This document shows, piece by piece, positions 25,499 through 32,000 of a stretch of 32,000 bases of DNA. A program made the translations under genes and the position numbers. Under the pieces are notes generated by a model. It saw only the letters and a list, made by a program, of their open reading frames with translations. It was not told the origin of the DNA and searched no databases. The stretch lies in NCBI GenBank assembly GCA_042576405.1, contig JBHPFC010000016.1, positions 10,151-42,150 on the forward strand, given 5' to 3'. The number at the start of each line of letters is the position of its first letter. Position 1 is the first letter of the stretch. The DNA is from Pseudomonadota bacterium. GTDB lineage: Bacteria > Pseudomonadota > Gammaproteobacteria > DSM-19610.

Positions 25499-26086
25499 CT
25501 ACGATTTGATCTCGCCCTCGCTGCCGTCCAGCAAATTGCGGATATTTGATCGGTGTCGCCAGAACAGCAGTGTGCCCATGAACAGCATGGCGATAATCAG
25601 TGAGCGTTCAGGAATCAGCCACCATATATACAGCGGTGTAACCAGTATCGAAAGCAGGGCGGCCAGTGAAGAAACCTTGAATAGCTTGGCAATTACCAGC
25701 CAGGTGGCAATGGTCAGCAGTCCTACCGGCCAGTGCAGGCCGAGCAGTACGCCCAGCGCAGTCGCCACGCCCTTGCCGCCACGAAAGCCAAAAAAAACCG
25801 GGTAGAGATGCCCCAGAAAGGCAGCCACGGCCACCAGTGCCTGGACGGCGATGCTGGCACCGAGGAACTTTGCCACCAGCACCGGTATCAGGCCTTTGAG
25901 CATATCGCCGATCAGTGTGATGGCCGCTGCTTTCTTGCCGCCGATACGCATTACATTGGTTGCGCCGGGGTTGCCCGAGCCCTGGCCGCGAGGGTCGGGC
26001 AGGTTCAGCAGGCGGCAAACTATAATGGCCGATGAAATCGAGCCAAGCAGGTAGGCGGCGAAGATAAGTAGCAAGTCAGTGATCAT
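25499..26086 (-). CDS. plsY: Glycerol-3-phosphate acyltransferase (PlsY)
   Basis: 195-aa polytopic protein with GSGNPGATNV and FRGGKGVAT motifs. Confidence 0.93.
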   Translation of the reverse strand: MITDLLLIFAAYLLGSISSAIIVCRLLNLPDPRGQGSGNPGATNVMRIGGKKAAAITLIGDMLKGLIPVLVAKFLGASIAVQALVAVAAFLGHLYPVFFGFRGGKGVATALGVLLGLHWPVGLLTIATWLVIAKLFKVSSLAALLSILVTPLYIWWLIPERSLIIAMLFMGTLLFWRHRSNIRNLLDGSEGEIKS

Positions 26087-26211
26087 GGGCGCTATTGGAC
26101 TGCCTCATGGCGTTTCGGTCAAGCGCCGCTGCCAGTTAGTTTAGCTGGAGCGTTCGGGCAATTCTGTACTATAGTGGCGGGAACGTATTTGCGGTTCCAG
26201 TTGTACTCTTT

Positions 26212-26568
26212 ATGGATATCATTTTTATTCGCGACCTGCGCATAGATACTGTCATCGGTATTTATGACTGGGAGCGTGCCATCAAGCAGACCCTGTCCTT
26301 TGATCTGGAAATGGCGACCGATATCGCCCGGTCGGCAGCCAGTGACAGTATCGACGACACGCTGAACTATAAAGCGGTTGCCAAGCGCGTCATCGCCTTT
26401 GTGGAAGAAAGCGGATTTCTGTTAGTGGAGACGCTGGCTGAACGCGTCGCTGAGCTGATTATGCAGGAGTTTTCCGTGCCGTGGGTACGGCTCACCTTGA
26501 ACAAGGGCGGTGCCGTACGCGGTGCCCAGGGAGTGGGTGTCATTATTGAGCGTGGAGCAAGGAGTTAA
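26212..26568 (+). CDS. folB: Dihydroneopterin aldolase (FolB)
   Basis: 118 aa. MDIIFIRDLRIDTVIGIYDWER...Q.L.FDLEM and DDTLNYKAV..RV..FVE...F.LVETLAE are typical of FolB. Confidence 0.9.
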   Translation: MDIIFIRDLRIDTVIGIYDWERAIKQTLSFDLEMATDIARSAASDSIDDTLNYKAVAKRVIAFVEESGFLLVETLAERVAELIMQEFSVPWVRLTLNKGGAVRGAQGVGVIIERGARS

Positions 26569-26572
26569 ATTG

Positions 26573-27055
26573 ATGGCTAAGGTGTACGTCAGTGTCGGTA
26601 GCAATATAGATCGGGAGCGTAATGTAGAGCATGCGCTCACAGATTTGCGTCAGGCTTATGGTGAACTGGAACAGTCGCGCATTTTCGAAACCACAGCGGT
26701 CGGTTTTGACGGCGATCCTTTTTATAATCTGGTCGTGGCCTTTAGTAGCGATGAGACTCCGCAGGCTGTAGCGTCCCGATTGCGCGACATTGAGGATGCG
26801 CATGGCCGCGATCGCAGCGGTGGCAAGTTTAGCAGTCGAAGCCTGGATCTTGATCTTCTGTTGTATGACGACCTGATACTTGAAGAAGAAGGCCTGCATC
26901 TGCCGCGTAAGGAGATTCTTGAGTATGCTTTTGTGCTCAAACCCCTTGCCGAGATTGCCGGCGATATGAAGCACCCGGTGACCGGGTTCAGTTTTTCCGC
27001 AACCTGGGACCAGTTTGATCCTACCGCACAACCCATGTGGCCGATTAAAGACTGA
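26573..27055 (+). CDS. folK: 2-amino-4-hydroxy-6-hydroxymethyldihydropteridine pyrophosphokinase (FolK)
   Basis: MAKVYVSVGSNIDRE..., then F.N.V, R.LDLDLLLYDD and LHLPRKEILEYAFVLKPLAEI. ATG 26573 with an AGGAG SD is preferred over the track start at 26510, which overlaps folB. Confidence 0.9.
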   Translation: MAKVYVSVGSNIDRERNVEHALTDLRQAYGELEQSRIFETTAVGFDGDPFYNLVVAFSSDETPQAVASRLRDIEDAHGRDRSGGKFSSRSLDLDLLLYDDLILEEEGLHLPRKEILEYAFVLKPLAEIAGDMKHPVTGFSFSATWDQFDPTAQPMWPIKD

Positions 27056-27063
27056 TCGTTGAT

Positions 27064-28233
27064 ATGGGGTCACCACTACCGCTGCCCGGCGATGAAGCCC
27101 GTGCCGTCAGCCAGGCGCTGACAGAAAAGGTAACTCGGGCGATAACTGATAACGCAGATTGTTTGCCCTTCGATGATTTTATGGCCATGGCGCTTTACGA
27201 GCCCGGTCTGGGCTATTACAGCAATGGTCTGACACCTTTTGGCGAACGGGGTGATTTCATCACGGCGCCGGAATCCGGTAATTTGTTTGGTCGCTGTCTG
27301 GCGCGATCCATCGCATCGACCTTGGCGCAGCTCGATGGCGGTGATGTGCTTGAGCTGGGCGCCGGCAGTGGTGTGCTGGCCGGTGTTGTGCTCGAGGAGT
27401 TGCAGCAACTCGGTGTCATGCCACGGCGTTACCTGATTCTTGAGCGCGCTGCGGCTATGCGTGATCTGCAACAAAAACATCTGCGGGATGTGTCGGCGTC
27501 GTGTGGCATTAACGTGGAATGGCTGGACCAGTTGCCGGATGTGCCGATAGATGGTGTGGTGTTCGGTAACGAAGTTGCAGATGCTTTGCCGGTCAACCGT
27601 TTTCACTGGCAGGACGGTCAGGTTGAATGCCTGGGTGTTGGCTGGGACGGGGAGAAGTTGTCGAACTGCAGTACATCTTCCTGCAATAGTATGACCAGCT
27701 ATGTCCGCGTCCTGGCGAAGGACTATGATTGGCAGACGTCTTACCAGTCAGAATACTGCCCCAGCCTGTCCGCCTGGGTAAGTAGCCTGGGTGACTGTGT
27801 TGGCCGTGGTGCTTTGATGCTGATCGATTACGGTTATGGCCGCGCCGAGTATTATCATCCCCAACGCACTATGGGTACCCTGATGTGCCACTATCGCCAC
27901 CAGGCCCATCCCGACCCCTTGTGGTATCCCGGGCTTCAGGATATCACTGCGTTTGTTGATTTCACGACAATTGCCGAAGCAGCCACTGACGCCGGCATGG
28001 GATTGCTGGGTTATACCAGCCAGGCACAATTCCTGATGGGGTGCGGCATCGATGCATTGCTGTCTGCTGCCGACCCGGAGGATACACGTCGATACCTGAT
28101 GCTGAGTAACGAAGCCAAGCGTTTGATGTTGCCGAGCGAGATGGGTGAACGGTTTAAAGTCATCGGATTTTCACGCGGTCTGAGCCGGGACGTGCTAGGC
28201 TTTACCGCGCGTGATTTGCGCAGTCGTTTGTAA
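27064..28233 (+). CDS. SAM-dependent methyltransferase, MidA/NDUFAF7 (DUF185) family
   Basis: 389 aa. FDDFMAMALYEPGLGYYS, GDFITAPE and VLELGAGSGVLA (AdoMet motif), with the rest of the architecture consistent with DUF185. Confidence 0.8.
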   Translation: MGSPLPLPGDEARAVSQALTEKVTRAITDNADCLPFDDFMAMALYEPGLGYYSNGLTPFGERGDFITAPESGNLFGRCLARSIASTLAQLDGGDVLELGAGSGVLAGVVLEELQQLGVMPRRYLILERAAAMRDLQQKHLRDVSASCGINVEWLDQLPDVPIDGVVFGNEVADALPVNRFHWQDGQVECLGVGWDGEKLSNCSTSSCNSMTSYVRVLAKDYDWQTSYQSEYCPSLSAWVSSLGDCVGRGALMLIDYGYGRAEYYHPQRTMGTLMCHYRHQAHPDPLWYPGLQDITAFVDFTTIAEAATDAGMGLLGYTSQAQFLMGCGIDALLSAADPEDTRRYLMLSNEAKRLMLPSEMGERFKVIGFSRGLSRDVLGFTARDLRSRL

Positions 28234-28253
28234 TAACAGAAGAATAAATACCA

Positions 28254-29051
28254 ATGGATATCTTTCAGGCCATTATCCTTGCCCTGGTTCAGGGGCTGAC
28301 CGAATTTCTGCCTATTTCCAGTTCGGCACACCTGATTCTCGTACCTATACTCACCGGTTGGCAGGACCAGGGCCTGGCTTTTGATGTGGCCGTGCATTTC
28401 GGCACCCTGGGCGCCGTGGTTACCTACTTCCGCACCGAGTTAAGTGCAATGGCGCGATCCTGGCTCAGTTCATTGGCGACGCGTAACCCTGATGATGAAG
28501 CCATGCTGGCCTGGGCGGTATTGCTGGGTACCATTCCACTGGGGCTCAGCGGTTTGTTGTTTCACGATCTCATAGAGACCTACCTGCGTTCGCCGCTGGT
28601 GATTGCCACTACCACCGTCGTTTTTGGTCTGCTGCTCTGGTATGCCGACAAGACGGGTGCGCAGACGCGTTGCGAATACCGGCTCGACACAGGCAGGGTT
28701 ATAGTGATTGCGTTGGCCCAGGTATTGGCGCTTATCCCGGGTACTTCCCGTTCCGGCATTACCATTACCGCCGGATTGATGGTTGGCCTTGATCGCAGCG
28801 CCGCAGCGCGTTTCTCATTTCTTTTGTCAGTGCCGGCAATTGCCATGGCCGCGTTATACGAGACAAAGAACCTGCTTGAAGCTGCAGTACCCGTCGACTG
28901 GCTGGCTATTGCCACCGGTGTTGCTGTGTCCGGTATCAGCGCCTACCTGTGCATACACTATTTTCTGAAACTGCTCGAACGCATCGGCATGCTGCCATTT
29001 GTTATTTACCGGCTTGTTCTGGGTGTCGTGCTGTTTGCGATGTTCCTGTGA
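28254..29051 (+). CDS. uppP: Undecaprenyl-diphosphate phosphatase (UppP/BacA)
   Basis: MDIFQAIILALVQGLTEFLPISSSAHL and PGTSRSGITITAGL are the canonical BacA motifs. Confidence 0.93.
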   Translation: MDIFQAIILALVQGLTEFLPISSSAHLILVPILTGWQDQGLAFDVAVHFGTLGAVVTYFRTELSAMARSWLSSLATRNPDDEAMLAWAVLLGTIPLGLSGLLFHDLIETYLRSPLVIATTTVVFGLLLWYADKTGAQTRCEYRLDTGRVIVIALAQVLALIPGTSRSGITITAGLMVGLDRSAAARFSFLLSVPAIAMAALYETKNLLEAAVPVDWLAIATGVAVSGISAYLCIHYFLKLLERIGMLPFVIYRLVLGVVLFAMFL

Positions 29052-29056
29052 GCCCG

Positions 29057-29752
29057 CTAGCCATCGAAACTGTAGTTCAGTAGTTCTATATCCCTTGCGT
29101 ATACCTCTGACACGATGTCTCGCGACTGGTCGTCATAAAGGGTTTGGTAGCGAGGGTGCACATGCACGCCCTGGTTGAGTGAAAGCAGCGCCCGATCGAT
29201 GCCCAGTTTGTTGCATAGTGCCTGAAAATCCGGCTCCAGCCTTTCAAAGCGCCCAATAAAATCAACGTCGAGTGTTCCATCTGCCTTGCAGAGATAATCG
29301 CACTGCGGTTCAAAATGCACCCAGCTGCGAACATGCTCGGGCGTTACCCAGTTTTTAACAAAATTATCGAAACTGACGTAGTGCTGAAGGTGTCTTGATG
29401 CCCAGCGCAGGTCTGCATCATTAAACCCGCCTCGTCTGAGGAAGTGATAGGCAGACGCCAGCCGATCCCATGGGTTGCGCACAAAGGCGAAAGTAAAATA
29501 GTCGTCATAGGTGGCATCGCCGAAAAACTCTCGATACTGGCTGGCGGAATAGTGGCCGGCACCCTGATTTCCAAACAGGCTCTGGGCGATCGAGACGCCG
29601 GCGCACTTGGGTATGTGGATGAAAATGCAACGGTGCTCATCGAAGGATTGGAGGGTATAGCCGGCAGCGGATATACGAGTCCGCAAACTACGCAGTTTGC
29701 GGAGTGTCTTGCGGTCACCATGGCGCTTTCTTAGCTGCGCTATCCAGCTCAA
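29057..29752 (-). CDS. Sulfotransferase-family protein (Sulfotransfer_2-like)
   Basis: 231 aa. FIHIPKCAGVSI is a 5'-PSB-like motif, and FAFVRNPWDRLASAY is a 3'-PB-like RNP.DR..S motif. Confidence 0.75.
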   Translation of the reverse strand: MSWIAQLRKRHGDRKTLRKLRSLRTRISAAGYTLQSFDEHRCIFIHIPKCAGVSIAQSLFGNQGAGHYSASQYREFFGDATYDDYFTFAFVRNPWDRLASAYHFLRRGGFNDADLRWASRHLQHYVSFDNFVKNWVTPEHVRSWVHFEPQCDYLCKADGTLDVDFIGRFERLEPDFQALCNKLGIDRALLSLNQGVHVHPRYQTLYDDQSRDIVSEVYARDIELLNYSFDG

Positions 29753-29866
29753 GGTCCGTTACTCCACTTGCGTCAATTGCCGGCTGAACTGTTTTCGCGC
29801 CTGCACTAGCGGTTATGCGTGCGCCATGCGTGCCAGGTGGTGACTTGATATGATGCCAGTTGGTTC

Positions 29867-30154
29867 CTATTCGTGCGCAATGGTCTTGTCAGTAAACAGA
29901 TAATCTTTTAACTCTTTATCAAAGGCCGGATCTTTACGGCGTATCCATTCAAGAACCATGGCCGCGTGTTCTTTCTCTTCATCCCTGTTGTGGGCAAGGA
30001 TTGCTTTCAATTCATTATCCTTGCAGGCATCGACTCTCTGGTTATACCAGTCGACAGCTTCCAGCTCTTCCATCAGCGATGTTATCGCCCTGTGCATATC
30101 TCTTGTGTCATTCGATAGTTCATCGATTGGTTCGTGGTAGCCTTCGTTTGACAT
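29867..30154 (-). CDS. Encapsulated-ferritin-like (EncFtn family) ferritin-like protein
   Basis: 95 aa. HEPIDELSNDTRDMHRAITSLMEELEAVDWYNQRVDACKD.ELKAILAHNRDEEKEHAAMVLEWIRR matches the EncFtn pattern with its E..E/ExxH metal ligands. Confidence 0.75.
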   Translation of the reverse strand: MSNEGYHEPIDELSNDTRDMHRAITSLMEELEAVDWYNQRVDACKDNELKAILAHNRDEEKEHAAMVLEWIRRKDPAFDKELKDYLFTDKTIAHE

Positions 30155-30235
30155 GTTCTTCTCCTGTATATATATGTGGCTTGAAAATATTTTTTCAATG
30201 AATGCTTCGTCTAGTCTGTCCAGGTGCAGGACTGC

Positions 30236-30720
30236 TTACAAACTAATCCGATTGCGACCGGCTTCCTTCGCTTTAAACAAGGCGTTATCGTCTTGTTACA
30301 GAATATCAGAGTTATCGTTATCTGACGCGTCAACTTCTGATACGCCTATACTGATGGTCATACTAATCCTTGCGGCACCGGCGTTAATAGAAACTCTTGA
30401 TACATTTGCGCGCAAATTCGACAGGCAAGACCGGGCAAGTGATTACAGCGTTCCGAGTAACACAGGCGACTAAAATGGATACGAATGTATTTAGCATAGA
30501 GCGGTTGAGGTAAGCCAGTGCCGCAGGGCGCCAGCAACGAAACAAGTTCGATTGGTGAGGTCGTTACGCTGCGACTTGCGTTGCGATGAAATCATAAATT
30601 CCTCCGCGCTGAACAACCATATACTGGCATGGAACTGCTCCGCTGTTACTGACCTGGTGTCGTACGCCCGCCGGAATTTACACTCTACTACCAGGCCGTA
30701 ACGAATGCACTGGACCACCG
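30236..30720 (-). pseudogene. Decayed GGDEF (diguanylate cyclase) domain gene remnant
   Basis: Minus-strand translation gives ...ISMTISIGVSEVDASDNDNSDIL*QDDNALFKAKEAGRNRISL* with an in-frame TAA at 30296-30298. Further stops lie at 30443-30445 and 30470-30472. Upstream, the active-site position reads LFSAEEFMI in place of R.GG(D/E)EF.I (about 30586-30612). Confidence 0.5.
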
Positions 30721-30809
30721 AAAATATTTACTTGAAGCAGGCCATGCAAATATATGCAATGTTCGGATACCATTCAAACCGGGTTCTATCCATACGATTG
30801 ATTAAAATA

Positions 30810-31145
30810 TCAGTCCAAACACAGTATGAATTCTGTTTCCGCTGAGTCCTTGTCTATTTTGATGATTAGTTCGCAATAGACCGGCTTGGACTGTGGTTCG
30901 TCACCACAACTGCAACTGGGCACCATTTCGGTGAAGAAAATGCCGGCTTTGACGTTGATGTGAGCGCCGTCATCTTCGCTTTTGGTTATTGTGGCTTCAA
31001 TTGGGCTGCCGTCGACCAGACCGCCCTCGGTGACGGCATGTTGTAAAGGTAGCAGGTGGGGTTCGAGTTGTTGCAGTTCCTGCTTCAGTGCGCTTTCAAA
31101 AGTGGGCTGGCCCCACTGTCGCAAAGATCGAGGTAACTGCGTCAT
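30810..31145 (-). CDS. Hypothetical protein (111 aa) translationally coupled to cca
   Basis: Its ATG (31143-31145) overlaps the cca TGA (31142-31144) as ATGA. Protein-like composition with a CSCG motif. No family recognised. Confidence 0.6.
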   Translation of the reverse strand: MTQLPRSLRQWGQPTFESALKQELQQLEPHLLPLQHAVTEGGLVDGSPIEATITKSEDDGAHINVKAGIFFTEMVPSCSCGDEPQSKPVYCELIIKIDKDSAETEFILCLD

Positions 31146-32000
31146 GTCTTCAGGGTCTGTTCTATGGCCTCACGGCGTTTGGTGCGAATCGCTTCGCCTA
31201 GTTCAGGACCCTGCAAAGTCTTGTCTTCGACGCTCGCGGCGCTGATGTTGGCCGCCCGCTGTCGGGCATTCTCAAGTAAGTCTGCGTTGCTTGTATCAAT
31301 ATGCCCGGTGGCCTGAAATAAATGAAGCAACTGCTGCCATCGAGTCGGACCCCTGAAGGCGCCGGCCGCTTCCATCACGCTGAGTATCTCGGCAGCAGAT
31401 TTGCTGCTGATTGTTTCAGCCGAGCGGATGGCTATAGTCGCCAACTGTGCATAGTCATTAGGTACGCGGTACCGTTCACAGATGGACGTAGCCTGGTCCA
31501 GTCGCTCGTTTGTAGATAGCTGTTCGCCAGTTGACAGTAGCAGGGCGGCAAAGCGGATGCGAGAGTCGCTGCTGTGTTCGGCACACTGTTTCAGCATTTG
31601 CAGATGTTTGGGCAGGCCGGCCCGGGTATGGGCTTCCATTGGCTTGTCGTAGTCGTGCTCAATTTCGGGAAACAGTACGCCAAGTGCGTGGCAGCCGTGC
31701 AGCACGGTGAAGAACTTTTCCGGTGTGTCTGTGGCCATTGCCTTGGCGAGTTCAGCCCAAACACGTTCTGGTACCAGGTGGTCGACTTCACCATTCGCGA
31801 CCATTTCGCGCATCAATGTATTGGTGCCATGGGCTACGCTGAAGCCCCATTTCCCGAAACGTGCCGCCAACCGGGCTACCCGCAATACGCGCACCGGGTC
31901 TTCGGAAAATGCCGGACTGACGTGGCGGAGCCTGCCTTTGTCCAGATCGCTTTGGCCGCCGTAGGGGTCGATCAGTTCGCCAGTGGGACCTTCCGCCATG
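31142..32000 (-). CDS. cca: CCA-adding tRNA nucleotidyltransferase (Cca), 5' end outside the window
   Basis: GELIDPYGGQSDLDKGRLRHVSPAFSEDPVRVLRVARLAARF aligns with E. coli Cca from about residue 105 as I recall it, so roughly 100 N-terminal aa lie beyond nt 32000. The ATG at 31997-31999 is probably internal. Confidence 0.9.
   Translation of the reverse strand, partial: MAEGPTGELIDPYGGQSDLDKGRLRHVSPAFSEDPVRVLRVARLAARFGKWGFSVAHGTNTLMREMVANGEVDHLVPERVWAELAKAMATDTPEKFFTVLHGCHALGVLFPEIEHDYDKPMEAHTRAGLPKHLQMLKQCAEHSSDSRIRFAALLLSTGEQLSTNERLDQATSICERYRVPNDYAQLATIAIRSAETISSKSAAEILSVMEAAGAFRGPTRWQQLLHLFQATGHIDTSNADLLENARQRAANISAASVEDKTLQGPELGEAIRTKRREAIEQTLKT

Noticed and set aside
30153-30718. ORFs 30153-30473 (plus, 106 aa) and 30491-30718 (minus, 75 aa) as real genes
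   Set aside because: They are better explained as fragments or shadows of a disrupted GGDEF-domain gene on the minus strand. The 75-aa ORF is one surviving piece of it.

Overview
The window has two parts. Nt 1-19743 is the right-hand portion of a compositionally mosaic genomic island. AT-rich blocks at about 1-1600, 4000-4750 and 6970-8400 alternate with GC-richer blocks. The island ends exactly at the 3' end of a minus-strand tRNA(CAU) gene (19744-19820). Nt 19886-32000 is conserved gammaproteobacterial-type housekeeping DNA: rpoD-dnaG-yqeY-rpsU, divergent tsaD, plsY, folB-folK, a DUF185 methyltransferase, uppP, a sulfotransferase, an EncFtn-like ferritin, a decayed GGDEF gene, and cca, which runs off the window. 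The island carries: (1) a truncated gene plus a glycine-zipper membrane protein; (2) a minus-strand block of small genes ending in an ArdB/KlcA antirestriction gene; (3) a PDZ-membrane protein; (4) a minus-strand run of a HEPN (Rx4H) protein, a CsrA paralog missed by the ORF track because it is under 60 aa, two PEP-CTERM/VPLPA-CTERM proteins and a secreted thermonuclease; (5) two unknown genes; (6) a five-gene operon, hsdR-hsdM-hsdS-SIR2-ORF946, in which all four junctions have overlapping stop and start codons. The best candidate for an undescribed system is the SIR2-family (predicted NADase) gene and its 946-aa partner with no recognisable domain. They are translationally coupled to the end of a complete type I R-M system and lack every canonical SIR2 partner (TIR, HerA, pAgo). 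No integrase, transposase, CRISPR array or rRNA is visible. All family assignments come from motif recognition by eye, and no database search was possible.
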